From the NCBI GenBank assembly GCA_028275925.1, contig JAPWTS010000044.1, positions 1-15,412 on the forward strand: DNA of 15,412 nt, in the 5' to 3' direction. The DNA is from Thermofilales archaeon. Lineage in GTDB: Archaea > Thermoproteota > Thermoprotei > Thermofilales > Thermofilaceae. The notes beneath the pieces are model-generated. The model made no database searches and had not been told where the DNA came from. It worked only from the letters and a program-made list of their open reading frames with translations. Positions 1 through 7,644 of this stretch are shown one piece after another. Each line of letters starts with the position of its first letter. Within the stretch, counting starts at the first letter, position 1. Position numbers and translations under genes: made by a program.

Positions 1-99
1 CTACCGCGGGGGTCACCACAAAGCTCCAGGAGGAGCCGGGCCCAAGCGTTCAACGGGACGAGACCCTCCGCAACGCGCTCTTGCACCGCGCTGCTCCGG
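1..99 (-). CDS. possible N-terminal fragment (~33 codons) of a minus-strand gene that runs off the left edge; candidate GTG start at 99..97
   Basis: The minus-strand frame from GTG (revcomp of cac at 97-99) is open to position 1 and has a high GC third-position bias. A palindromic TTTATAAA box at 133-141 lies about 35 nt upstream. The plus-strand frame through 1-231 has poorer GC3 and would have to read through the AT-rich promoter block. Product unknown. Confidence 0.2.
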
Positions 100-132
100 G
101 CGCGGCCCACACGCCTCCAAGCGAAGCGGAGG

Positions 133-141
133 TTTATAAAT
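133..141 (-). promoter_or_regulatory. TATA-box candidate (TTTATAAAT, palindromic core) in the AT-rich spacer
   Basis: This is the only TTTATA-type element in the AT-rich 130-215 island. It could serve the putative minus gene starting near 99, and a plus-strand reading is also possible. Confidence 0.25.
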
Positions 142-149
142 TCGATGTT

Positions 150-200
150 GAGAAGCCCGAAAGTAATCTTTTCTAAACGGAAAGTTAAAGAAAAGGATAG
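150..200 (-). terminator. oligo-T termination tract downstream of the 328..885 gene
   Basis: The minus strand here reads tccttttctttaactttccgtttagaaaag, a series of T-runs typical of archaeal intrinsic termination. It sits about 130-180 nt after the stop at 328. Confidence 0.3.
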
Positions 201-327
201 AGAAGCGCGCGAGCCATAAGCTCCCTAGCCCCCGGCCAAGTCGCCCCTACTTAGCCACGATGGCCAAAGCGTGAGGAATCGCGAATCGAAACCTAGCGCG
301 CGAGCGTAAACCCTCCCCGCTTTCCCT

Positions 328-885
328 TCAAGCCAGCAGTAGGAGACCGAAGAAGGTGGGCTTCTCCTCGTAGGACGTCACGACCTTGAGCTCGTAGCCC
401 GCGTTGCGGGCTGTCGCGTACACGTCGATCCCGCACGCCTCCATTGAGGGCCTCGCCCTCTCGGGGTGCCTGCAAACCCCCTCCTCCACGTTGCACTCCT
501 CGCAGTAGGGGCAGGGGCCGCACGCCAGCGCGAAAGCCGAGTAGACGCCGGAGAGGAAGGCTGCGCGCTCCAGCTGGAACATCACCTCGTGCACGTTGAC
601 GCCGCTCTCGTAGCCCGCTTCGACGCAGGGCCCGAACTTCACCAGGAGGCACGAGCCGTACTCGCCGAGCACCCTGCGCGTCTCCTCGGGCGTGGGGCTG
701 TAGGGCGGGCATGTGAGGCGGCGCCCGTACTCGCCGCAGCCGAACCTGCACTTCCAGCGGACCCAGTCCCTCACGACGACCGCGCTAGCCGGTAGCGGTC
801 TCGCGTCCTCCGCCCCCAGCTTGAGGGCGAGCTCCCTCAAAGCCTCCAGCAGGGGCCCGAGCTTAGCCCTCAAGTGCTCGGACAC
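328..885 (-). CDS. Cys-rich predicted metal-binding protein, DUF2284/COG5423-like
   Basis: The ORF is 185 aa and starts with GTG at 885. It contains clustered cysteines (CRFGCGEYG...C and CGPCPYCEEC). A TATTTATA box on the minus strand lies 21 nt upstream of the start. The family call comes from the cysteine pattern only. Confidence 0.7.
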   Translation of the reverse strand: MSEHLRAKLGPLLEALRELALKLGAEDARPLPASAVVVRDWVRWKCRFGCGEYGRRLTCPPYSPTPEETRRVLGEYGSCLLVKFGPCVEAGYESGVNVHEVMFQLERAAFLSGVYSAFALACGPCPYCEECNVEEGVCRHPERARPSMEACGIDVYATARNAGYELKVVTSYEEKPTFFGLLLLA

Positions 886-903
886 GCCTTTGCGCCGAGA
901 GCC

Positions 904-913
904 GCGTATAAAT
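904..913 (-). promoter_or_regulatory. TATA box (minus strand TATTTATA) for the 328..885 gene
   Basis: The minus strand reads ctcaccTATTTATAcgcggctctcggcgcaaaggcGTG. The 21-nt spacing from box to GTG fits a leaderless transcript. Confidence 0.5.
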
Positions 914-939
914 AGGTGAGCCCCGCCGAGGCCTGGCGC

Positions 940-2508
940 TCAGCCCCCCTTCCTCGCGGCGCTGGCTACGAGGTCGGCGAGGTTCGAGATGAACGCGTAG
1001 TTGTCGGCGACCCGGCAGTACGGCTCGCTGAACATCGTGATGTCGCCGACCGCGACCACCGTGCCGTTGCCCACGCTGGCGAGCGCGATTACCGCGTAGC
1101 GGCCTTGAACCTCGGCCGCGGAGAGGTAGGTGGTGTTCGAGACCCAGGCCGCGGCGTGGCGGGACCTCACGGCGGCGGCCGTGAAGAGGACGAGCTCCCT
1201 CACCCCCTTGAACAGGGTGGCGTTGGAGAAGTCCCTCACGCGCACGTTCCTGTAGATCCCGTAGTAGTCGCTCTCGCTGTACAGGAAGCCGTAGGAGAAG
1301 GTGACGCCGAACCTAGCCGCTAGCGAGTTGATGGGCGCGGTCACGTAGTTGGAGAGGCCCTGCGGGCCCACGTACTCGTAGGAGGGGTCGAAGAGGAGCA
1401 GCAGAACACCGCCCCTCCTCACGAACTCCTCGACGCGCTCCACCTCAGCCTCGCTGTACGGCCGCGTGGGGGCCGCGACCACGAGGCAAGCCGCGCTGTC
1501 CAGCGCCCTCTCCACCTCGCTCCACGAGCTGTAGAAGCTGGCCGTGACGTTGCGCTGCGCCAGCTCGGCGAGCAGCGCGTCCAAGCTCCACCACGAGACC
1601 ACGTTGCCGTGAGAGAGGTCGACGACAACCTTCCCGCCGCTGGCCACTGGCGCCGGCCACTGCCACGGCTGCCCGCTCGCTAGGGCGGTGGCCGGCACGT
1701 ACGCGTAGTAGAGGGCTGGGGGCGGGTGGAGGCTTTCGAGCAGGCTCGCGGTCACGTTGCTCCACGAGTAGTAGCTCCCCCGCGGGCCCTCCCCCTCGCC
1801 CAGCTCCACCACCCTGTAGACAGCTAACCCGGCCCTCCGCGCCGCCTCCTCCACCGCTTGGTCGAGGGTTCCGATCGCGTCCACGAGCCCCAGCTTCACC
1901 GCCTCGGTGCCCAGGTAGACGAGGCCGCGGCTGAGCTCCTCCCTCGAAGCCCTCAGCCTAGGCCCCCTCCCCTCCTCGATCGCGGAGAGGAAGGCGTCGA
2001 GCGCGTGGCTAAGGTTGCTGAAGAAGAGGAGCCTCGAGAAGCCCGTGTGCTTGTACGGGCCGGTCTCGAGGACCACCTCGGACGGCACGAGCAGGGGCGG
2101 CGCCGTGGAGATCACGCCCACGGCGCCGACGAAGGACGAGGGGTGGGCGAAGATGTAGCTCGCGGCGGCGCAGATGTAGTAGCCGCCGGACAGCGCGTTC
2201 ACGGCGACCGCGACGACCGGCTTCCTCCCGTTGAGGTGCTTGAGCGATAGGTACAGCTGCTCCACGTAGTTCGAGTAGCCCCCGAAGGAGTCGACCACCA
2301 CAACCACGGCCTTCACTCTACTGTTCTCCGAGGCGCTCTTGATCAGGGAGCGGTAGTAGTCTGCTGCATCGCTGGTAAGAATGTAGCCTTTGATCCTTAT
2401 GACCGCGACCAGGCCAACCTTCTGCTGCGCGTAGTAAACCGCAACCGCTACCAGCAGTAAGGCGACGACGCCAATCGCCAGGTAAACGTGAAACCCTCGC
2501 ATTTGCAT
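940..2508 (-). CDS. sppA: membrane-anchored signal peptide peptidase SppA (S49, Ser/Lys dyad) fused to a C-terminal ~270-aa GldG/DUF4350-like (ABC_transp_aux-like) domain
   Basis: The 522-aa ORF has an N-terminal TM helix (FHVYLAIGVVALLLVAVAVYY). The S49 core carries the nucleophile motif ALSGGYYICAAAS and the general-base motif GPYKHTG. The C-terminal half carries VVVDLSHGN, the segment CLVVAAPTRPYSEAEVERVEEFVRRGGVLLLLFDP, and the tail VAVGDITMFSEPY...DNYAFISNLADLV. Together these are reminiscent of GldG-type auxiliary domains. A second ATG lies at 2502, so the start may be either 2508 or 2502. Confidence 0.8.
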   Translation of the reverse strand: MQMRGFHVYLAIGVVALLLVAVAVYYAQQKVGLVAVIRIKGYILTSDAADYYRSLIKSASENSRVKAVVVVVDSFGGYSNYVEQLYLSLKHLNGRKPVVAVAVNALSGGYYICAAASYIFAHPSSFVGAVGVISTAPPLLVPSEVVLETGPYKHTGFSRLLFFSNLSHALDAFLSAIEEGRGPRLRASREELSRGLVYLGTEAVKLGLVDAIGTLDQAVEEAARRAGLAVYRVVELGEGEGPRGSYYSWSNVTASLLESLHPPPALYYAYVPATALASGQPWQWPAPVASGGKVVVDLSHGNVVSWWSLDALLAELAQRNVTASFYSSWSEVERALDSAACLVVAAPTRPYSEAEVERVEEFVRRGGVLLLLFDPSYEYVGPQGLSNYVTAPINSLAARFGVTFSYGFLYSESDYYGIYRNVRVRDFSNATLFKGVRELVLFTAAAVRSRHAAAWVSNTTYLSAAEVQGRYAVIALASVGNGTVVAVGDITMFSEPYCRVADNYAFISNLADLVASAARKGG

Positions 2509-2523
2509 CTCCCTCCAAAAGGT

Positions 2524-2530
2524 GCTATTT
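2524..2530 (-). promoter_or_regulatory. TATA box candidate (minus strand TTAAATA) upstream of sppA-like gene
   Basis: The minus strand reads gcgTTAAATAgcaccttttggagggagATG. The spacing is 17-23 nt to the two candidate ATGs, and a GGAGGG motif precedes the ATG. Confidence 0.35.
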
Positions 2531-2612
2531 AACGCTCGCGCGCAGCGAGCTGCAGCGAAGGGTATTTGAGATAACGATTATAAAAAAGACTGGAAAAGGA
2601 GTTCGTGAACCG

Positions 2613-3959
2613 CTAACGCTGTTTGGAAGCTGCCGCTATTGCTTGGAGCGCTGCGAGCTGAAGCGGGTACGTAAGCGGAGAGGCTGTGAGGAGCGGCTGC
2701 GTGGCGTAGTTCATTTTCACGATGTCGTAAGCTGTGAGGTGCTGCTGTATAGCTGCGGCAGCGTAGTTGATCGCTTCGCCCACCGCCTCGGGACCGGCCA
2801 TCTGGACGCCCACGAGCCTGAGGTCCCCCTTCGCGAACACCGCCTTCAGAGTGATCTTCGCGGCGCCGGGGAGGTTCGCCGGGTGCCGGTTGACGGCCTC
2901 GACCTTCACCGGCAGCACCTCCAGGCCGAGCTTCTTAGCCGCCGCCTCCGTCAGCCCAGCGGCCGCGAGCGCGAGACCCCCGATGACGGTCGAGAACGCC
3001 GGTAGCGCTCCCTCGAACCCTTTGCCGGGTGTTACGCCGGCGATGTGCATCGCCGCGACCCTCCCTTCGGCGACGGCGATGCTGGAGAAGTAGGCTCTCG
3101 CCGGCTTGCCGGTGAAGTAGTCCCTCTTCTGCGCTACGTCGCCGACAGCGTAGATGTCGGGGTCGCTCGTCCTCATGTACGCGTCAACGACAACGTGCCC
3201 GTACTCGTCCAAGGCTAAGCCGGCTTTCGCGGCCAGCTCCGAGTTCGGCCGAACGCCCACCGAGATTAGAACGGCGTCCGCCGGTACAACCTCGCCCGTC
3301 GAGAGGACCACCTCCTCCACCCTACCCCTACCCCGGATCTCCTTCACGCTCGCTTTCAAATGGAACTTCACACCCCTCTCCTCCAGCTTTTTCCTAGCGA
3401 TCTCCCCGAACTCCCTATCGAAAGCCAAAGCCAAAACCTCATCCAAAACCTCGACAACGTGAACCTCCCTGCCTTTAGCGAGGTCGTCCGCGAACTCGAG
3501 GCCCACGAAGCCCCCTCCCACGATCACGACGCGCTTCGCGTTCCGGAGCACCTCGTAAGCTTTCGCGAGCTGCTCGTACTCCTTGTAGACGAGCACCACG
3601 CCCTCAAGGTCGATGCCGGGTATGTTTAGCTTCACGGGTCCTGCGCCGGTCGCGAGCACGAGCTTCCCGTACTCGAACTCCCTGCCGCCCGCCGTCTTCA
3701 CCAGCTTCCTCGCCCTATCGATCTCAACAACCTCGTCGACGACCAGGTCGACCCCCGCGCTCTTCACCATCGCGTCGGGTATGAGGCAGCCGTCGACCGA
3801 GCCCACGGTTTCGGTGATGTAGGGCACCGAGCAGGGTATCGGCTGCAGCCTCGTCCTGCGCACGATGAGGACGCGGAGGTCGGGCCGCAGGCTCCTCAAG
3901 GCCAGCGCGACGGCCAAACCGCCAGCGCCCCCGCCCACGACCACAACATCGTACTTCAT
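2613..3959 (-). CDS. FAD-dependent pyridine nucleotide-disulfide oxidoreductase, NADH oxidase / CoA-disulfide reductase family (single redox Cys)
   Basis: The GxGxxG Rossmann motif (VVVVGGGAGG) sits 3 residues from the ATG at 3959. The ORF track's upstream TTG at 3980 would fall inside the promoter. A single active-site Cys lies in PIPCSVPY, in the position of Cys42 in Nox/CoADR. A second NAD(P) Rossmann motif (VVIVGGGFVG) and a C-terminal dimerisation domain follow, giving 448 aa. Confidence 0.85.
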   Translation of the reverse strand: MKYDVVVVGGGAGGLAVALALRSLRPDLRVLIVRRTRLQPIPCSVPYITETVGSVDGCLIPDAMVKSAGVDLVVDEVVEIDRARKLVKTAGGREFEYGKLVLATGAGPVKLNIPGIDLEGVVLVYKEYEQLAKAYEVLRNAKRVVIVGGGFVGLEFADDLAKGREVHVVEVLDEVLALAFDREFGEIARKKLEERGVKFHLKASVKEIRGRGRVEEVVLSTGEVVPADAVLISVGVRPNSELAAKAGLALDEYGHVVVDAYMRTSDPDIYAVGDVAQKRDYFTGKPARAYFSSIAVAEGRVAAMHIAGVTPGKGFEGALPAFSTVIGGLALAAAGLTEAAAKKLGLEVLPVKVEAVNRHPANLPGAAKITLKAVFAKGDLRLVGVQMAGPEAVGEAINYAAAAIQQHLTAYDIVKMNYATQPLLTASPLTYPLQLAALQAIAAASKQR

Positions 3960-3983
3960 ACGCGATGCGGTATGCCGCAATCG

Positions 3984-3991
3984 TATAAAAG
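3984..3991 (-). promoter_or_regulatory. TATA box (minus strand TTTTATAC) for the oxidoreductase gene
   Basis: The minus strand reads cTTTTATAcgattgcggcataccgcatcgcgtATG. There are 24 nt between the box and the ATG, which fits a leaderless transcript. Confidence 0.5.
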
Positions 3992-4085
3992 ATTTTCGTT
4001 AGGTTTACACACTAAAATTCGCTAGGATATTCGACTGATAATTGCAAATACCACCGATCGTTTTAGAAATTTAATTATATAGTGC

Positions 4086-4493
4086 TTAGGAGCTTTTGGG
4101 GAGGGTTTTGGTAAGGGCTTCCATATCGGCTTCGAACACGCTCACGACCTCGGGGAGCTGGGCTTTCGCCTCCTCTAAGCTGCCGCTCCACTCCTCCTCG
4201 AGGTTGCCCTTCTTCATGCTCAGCACGCGGATCACGGTGGCGCCCACCTCCCCCACGAAGACGCCGTTCTCGACCCGCTTCACCGGCACGACGGCGACAA
4301 CGGTCTTCTCTTTGGCGAACCTGCCCGGCTTGTACACGTAAGTGATCACGAGCTCGAGGTTCGAGCCAGCCTCGTCCAGCTTGCGCAGGTCGGCGCCGCC
4401 CCTCGACACGTTCTTAGCGGGAGCCGCCTCCTGAGCCACCCTACTGTAAATGTTCACGAGCGCCTCCGGATTTGTGAGCCTGAAGTTTTGCAT
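4086..4493 (-). CDS. hypothetical protein (135 aa), no recognisable family
   Basis: I chose the internal ATG at 4493 as the start (MQNFRLTNPEAL...). A TTTATAAGG box lies 22 nt upstream. The upstream part of the ORF-track version (from 4589) would overlap the neighbouring gene and its promoter. Coding-like GC3 is present. Confidence 0.6.
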   Translation of the reverse strand: MQNFRLTNPEALVNIYSRVAQEAAPAKNVSRGGADLRKLDEAGSNLELVITYVYKPGRFAKEKTVVAVVPVKRVENGVFVGEVGATVIRVLSMKKGNLEEEWSGSLEEAKAQLPEVVSVFEADMEALTKTLPKSS

Positions 4494-4514
4494 GGTGCGC
4501 TCTGCGCAGCATCC

Positions 4515-4523
4515 CTTATAAAC
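4515..4523 (-). promoter_or_regulatory. TATA box (minus strand TTTATAAGG) for the 4086..4493 gene
   Basis: The minus strand reads ggTTTATAAGGgatgctgcgcagagcgcaccATG. The box lies inside the 3' end of the upstream QueT-like gene. Confidence 0.4.
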
Positions 4524-4524
4524 C

Positions 4525-5046
4525 TTACTTAGGGGGCGCCCCTTCAAAGAACCTTTCGAGCGCCACCGCCAGGGAGGTCCCCAGGACACCTATCGCCAGC
4601 AAGGACCCCGGCACTACGCCGGTTATGCTCAGCCAGAGCGGTACTTCGGCGCCGAACGCCCACTCCAGCAGGAACTTCAGGTACGACCCCACGATGATCG
4701 AGACCACAGCGATCTCGCAGCCCGCGGCGAGGATCTTGCTCCTCAACCCTTTCCGGTAGGCGATCCTGTAGGCGAGGTAGCTGGCGAGGAAGTTGGCCGC
4801 GCTCCCCAGCACCGCGTCGATCGCGGCGAGCAGCGCCGAGCCCCAAGGCGCTGCCATCAGGTTCCCCAGGAAGCAGCCGAGAGTGACGCCGACGACCGCG
4901 GGCCACCCGAGCACCGTGCTCAGCATCAGGAGCGCGTCGGCCAGCCTCACCTGCCACAGGAGGAACGAGATCATGGGGAGAGCTGCCACGAGCGCAGCGT
5001 ACATCGCCGCCACCAGAGCCGCTACCGCGATCCCTCTCGCGTTCAC
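4525..5046 (-). CDS. small polytopic membrane protein, QueT / ECF-transporter S-component-like
   Basis: The protein is about 173 aa with 5-6 hydrophobic helices. It begins RGIAVAALVAAMYAALVAAL, typical of S-component-like substrate-capture proteins. I chose the GTG at 5046 as start because the minus-strand TTTTTAAG box at 5073-5080 lies 26 nt upstream. The ATG at 5067 from the ORF track is the alternative. The family call is tentative. Confidence 0.55.
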   Translation of the reverse strand: MNARGIAVAALVAAMYAALVAALPMISFLLWQVRLADALLMLSTVLGWPAVVGVTLGCFLGNLMAAPWGSALLAAIDAVLGSAANFLASYLAYRIAYRKGLRSKILAAGCEIAVVSIIVGSYLKFLLEWAFGAEVPLWLSITGVVPGSLLAIGVLGTSLAVALERFFEGAPPK

Positions 5047-5072
5047 GCGGTGCCCGAGAAACCCCACTTAAA

Positions 5073-5080
5073 AACGCGCG
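5073..5080 (-). promoter_or_regulatory. TATA box candidate (minus strand TTTTTAAG) for QueT-like gene; a divergent weak TTAAGTAG box at 5098-5105 on the plus strand may serve the 5134 gene
   Basis: The 86-bp divergent spacer between 5046 and 5134 contains both elements. Confidence 0.35.
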
Positions 5081-5133
5081 CTCGCTGCCGCGCGCCAAGC
5101 TTAAGTAGACACCGGCTTCCCGCTGCCGGAGGT

Positions 5134-6873
5134 ATGGCTGCGCGCAGCCCGAGCCTCCCGAGAGGCGTTGCGCGCCAGCGGAATGCTGGGAGAGAGGCGG
5201 GAGGTGGAGGGGGCCTCCTGAGGAGTATCGCGCTCCTGCTGGGGATCGCGCTCTCCCTTGCCACTATGCTCTCCTCCACCTGGCTCTCGCTGGTTCCTCT
5301 CCTGCTCCTCGCTGTAGGCGCCGGGCTGAAGTACCCGGGGCAGGGAAAATTCGGCGTGAAAGCCTTCCTCGCGGTTCTTGCTCTCGCAACAGTTCTCGTC
5401 CTCCTCTTCCTCTTCGCGACGGTGCCGCCCCTCTACCTCTCCTGGATCTCGCTCTTCGGCTTCCTCCTCCTGCTCTCGCTCGGGAGCCCTAAGCGCCTGC
5501 TGCTCTTCCTAGCCCTCCTCGTGGCTGTGCCGCTCCTCCTTGCGGCGCTGAAGGGCTACTTCACGGTGACCTCTTGCAATATAGTTAGGGTCGGGTCCCC
5601 CGAGGAGTTGAAGAGCCTCTTCAGCAACCCCGGCTCGGTTGTGCTTGTCGGTCACGCAATGGCGGACGCGATCGCGCACGCGCAGCTATCGCCGAACGAA
5701 AGGGTGGCGGAGTGGGAGGAGGTGGTCATCGACGGGGCCCCCTACTGGATCTTCGCCGTCACCCCCCTCAACACGATTGCGGAGAACTACGTGAGCAAGC
5801 TGATCCTAGTCCACGTCCAGACGGGAGAAGTGAGAGCGATCCCCGTGCGCATGCCCGTGGGCTCCGGCCTCTGGCTGGCGAACAACATCGAGATGAGAAC
5901 CCTTCTCGCGACGGCGCAGCCCGTGGGGAACACCTACCCCTTCCTCCACGACGGCAAGCCCTACTTCGCCGCTTGCGCGAACACCCTAGCGTACTTGGGG
6001 CTCGTTGAGTGCCCCGGCGAGGTTTACGTCTACGACGAGAGCGGGAACGTGAGGGTCTCCAGGCAGTTCAGCGGAGACGCGTCCATGCCGGAGAACTACG
6101 ATTGGGAGTACCTGGACTGGTACGTGAAGGAGTGGCTGTACTACCTTTCGGGCCTCTCCCCCGTCAGCTTCACGCTGTTCCCGAGGGGCTTCCTCTGGAT
6201 CCCCGCGAGCCCCTACAGCCAGGATCTGCTCAACATGACGCTCCTCCTGCCCGGGAGGTTGGGGGGTACGGTCAGGGTCTACTTCGGCGTCAGCCCCAAC
6301 AACCCCAACAGCGTAGTCTCGATCATCGTGGTGAACAACACCGGCGTCTACTACTACGACGTTAAGGGGCTCGGGATCTACAGCCCCTTCTACGTCCAAT
6401 CCCTCGTGCAGGCTAGGCTTCCGGCGATCAGCGGCGGGTACCTCTACGCGAGGTACGCTCAGCTGATCTACTCGAGCGGCTACCTCTGGGTTGTGCCGAT
6501 CTACGCCCGGACGAACGTGGTCTCCCTGTGGGGTCTCGCGGTGGTGAACGCCACGAACCCCTCTGAAATGAGCATCCACCAGTACTCCCCGAGCTACGGC
6601 TCTTACGCAGACTTCCTAACCGCGGCGATCGCCCCCGGCGCCGCGCAAGCGGGTCGGCAGCTCTGCGAAGTAATCCTGGGCAACGTGACGCGCACCCTGC
6701 AGTTCGTCTACAAGGGCGACACCTACCTCGTCCTCGAAGTTGACGGGAAGCTGCTCTACGCGACCCCGGATATCGGCTTCGAAGCCTTCGCGAAGCTTCT
6801 CACGGTGAGGAGCGGGGACCGCGTGAGGCTGTGCGTCAGCGGCGGCAGGATCGTCCAGGTCGCTGAGCCCTAG
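5134..6873 (+). CDS. polytopic membrane protein with a large (~430 aa) extracytoplasmic domain, function unknown
   Basis: The start is set at ATG 5134 (MAARSPSLPRG...), because the ORF-track start at 5050 would include the divergent promoter. A basic N-terminus precedes 4-5 TM helices (residues ~30-170). The Cys-poor ectodomain carries several N-x-S/T sequons (NMT, NNTG, NATN, NVTR) and aromatic-rich segments (YDWEYLDWYVKEWLYY). No family match is recognised by eye. Confidence 0.75.
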   Translation: MAARSPSLPRGVARQRNAGREAGGGGGLLRSIALLLGIALSLATMLSSTWLSLVPLLLLAVGAGLKYPGQGKFGVKAFLAVLALATVLVLLFLFATVPPLYLSWISLFGFLLLLSLGSPKRLLLFLALLVAVPLLLAALKGYFTVTSCNIVRVGSPEELKSLFSNPGSVVLVGHAMADAIAHAQLSPNERVAEWEEVVIDGAPYWIFAVTPLNTIAENYVSKLILVHVQTGEVRAIPVRMPVGSGLWLANNIEMRTLLATAQPVGNTYPFLHDGKPYFAACANTLAYLGLVECPGEVYVYDESGNVRVSRQFSGDASMPENYDWEYLDWYVKEWLYYLSGLSPVSFTLFPRGFLWIPASPYSQDLLNMTLLLPGRLGGTVRVYFGVSPNNPNSVVSIIVVNNTGVYYYDVKGLGIYSPFYVQSLVQARLPAISGGYLYARYAQLIYSSGYLWVVPIYARTNVVSLWGLAVVNATNPSEMSIHQYSPSYGSYADFLTAAIAPGAAQAGRQLCEVILGNVTRTLQFVYKGDTYLVLEVDGKLLYATPDIGFEAFAKLLTVRSGDRVRLCVSGGRIVQVAEP

Positions 6874-6905
6874 CTGGGTGGCTTCTCGCCGCCCCGCTTC
6901 TAAGG

Positions 6906-6923
6906 CTGCCTGCGCGCGGGCAG
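6906..6923. terminator. near-perfect palindrome / hairpin (ctgcctgcgcgcgggcag) between convergent genes
   Basis: The 18-nt inverted repeat lies in the 74-bp spacer between the stop at 6873 (plus strand) and the stop at 6948 (minus strand). It is a candidate bidirectional terminator or protein-binding palindrome. Confidence 0.25.
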
Positions 6924-6947
6924 TAGGGTGGACCGTCGGCTCGCTGC

Positions 6948-7592
6948 CTAGGAAACCTCTCTGGAGCTGGTGCCCGGTAGGGCTCGGAGGATCGCGGCTG
7001 CGCGGTCCAGCGCTCTGGCGGCTTCCGCGCCCAGCTTCGCGTCGCCGCTCAAGCGGACCAGCTCGGGGACGAAGGCGGCCACCTCCTCCTTCAACCTCGA
7101 AAGGTGCCTCAGCCTTGCCTCCTCGCTCGCGGGCTTCTCGCACTGGAGCTTCGGGCCGCCCTCCATGAAGCCCTCGGGGAAGTACCAATCCTTGAACCAC
7201 GTGAAGCCGAGCTGGAAGAGGAGGAAGCCCAGCCTCGTGGCAGCGGGCGGAGCGCCGAGCCTCAGGAGCTTCGAGGTCTCCGCGTCGTACGTGTACTCGA
7301 TGAAGAGCGACTCCCCACCCCCCAGCCTCTCCGCCAGAAGCCCGAGCAGGAGCGCCTCGAGCTCCGAGCCGGCGAAGGGGGTCCTGCGCCCTCCCACCTC
7401 GACCTCCGGCAGGACCGCGAACACCTCAACCCACCTGGCGTAGTAGGGCGGCCGCCCCGCGAAGCACTTCACGACGAGGAGCCGGGCGCCAGCCCCCGGG
7501 CCCAGGTAGAGCTCGTAGTTCGCCTCCTCCCGGAAGCGCCCCCTCCTCTTAACGACCCTCAGCTGGGGCTGCAGCCTCTCGAGGAAGGTCAA
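6948..7592 (-). CDS. conserved hypothetical protein (~214 aa from TTG 7592; ORF open up to 7706), co-transcribed with ferredoxin
   Basis: The ORF is open from 7706 but has no ATG or GTG there, and the first 62 nt overlap the ferredoxin gene. The first in-frame start after the ferredoxin stop is TTG at 7592, preceded by GAGGAG. The sequence contains an FIEYTYDAE...GFTWFKDWYFPEGF core and a C-terminal helical tail. The start codon is uncertain. Confidence 0.55.
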   Translation of the reverse strand: MTFLERLQPQLRVVKRRGRFREEANYELYLGPGAGARLLVVKCFAGRPPYYARWVEVFAVLPEVEVGGRRTPFAGSELEALLLGLLAERLGGGESLFIEYTYDAETSKLLRLGAPPAATRLGFLLFQLGFTWFKDWYFPEGFMEGGPKLQCEKPASEEARLRHLSRLKEEVAAFVPELVRLSGDAKLGAEAARALDRAAAILRALPGTSSREVS

Positions 7593-7644
7593 CGGCTCCT
7601 CGCAGAACGCGAGAGAAAAACCGCTTTGGAGCCCGCCTCCCCCG

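Noticed and set aside
1-231. Plus-strand frame 1 open from 1 to a TAA at 229-231 (possible C-terminus of a plus gene)
   Set aside because: It would have to read through the AT-rich TATA/terminator block, and its GC3 is poorer than that of the opposite-strand frame. I retained only the low-confidence minus-strand partial gene at 1..99.
215-300. Possible tRNA (GGTTTCGATTCGC resembles a T-arm on the minus strand)
   Set aside because: I could not build a consistent cloverleaf around it, with acceptor, D and anticodon arms. It is probably a chance match.
293-919. ORF-track entries 293..751(-), 466..795(+), 713..919(+) overlapping the DUF2284-like gene
   Set aside because: These are alternate-frame or antisense ORFs with Arg/Gly/Ala/Pro-rich low-complexity products typical of off-frame translation of 67% GC DNA. 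The 328..885 frame has the Cys motifs, the TATA box and coding-like GC3.
916-2518. ORFs 916..1323(+), 1419..1628(-), 1445..1765(-), 1858..2250(+), 2318..2518(-)
   Set aside because: All are nested in or antisense to the SppA-like gene. Their products are R/G/P/E-rich with no motifs.
2643-3822. Plus-strand ORFs 2643..3005, 2767..3093, 3154..3462, 3360..3629, 3613..3822
   Set aside because: They are antisense to the well-supported oxidoreductase gene. Their composition is Ser/Thr/Ala/Pro-rich and artefactual.
3960-3980. ORF-track start TTG at 3980 for the oxidoreductase (MRHTASR...)
   Set aside because: The Rossmann GxGxxG motif begins 5 residues after the internal ATG at 3959. The extension would place the start codon inside the TTTTATAC TATA box.
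4096-5279. ORFs 4096..4341(+), 4544..5098(-), 4793..5071(+), 5043..5279(-) and the 5050 start of the big membrane protein
   Set aside because: They overlap better-supported genes in other frames. The 4544..5098 product is R/G-rich junk. A 5050 start would translate through the divergent promoter.
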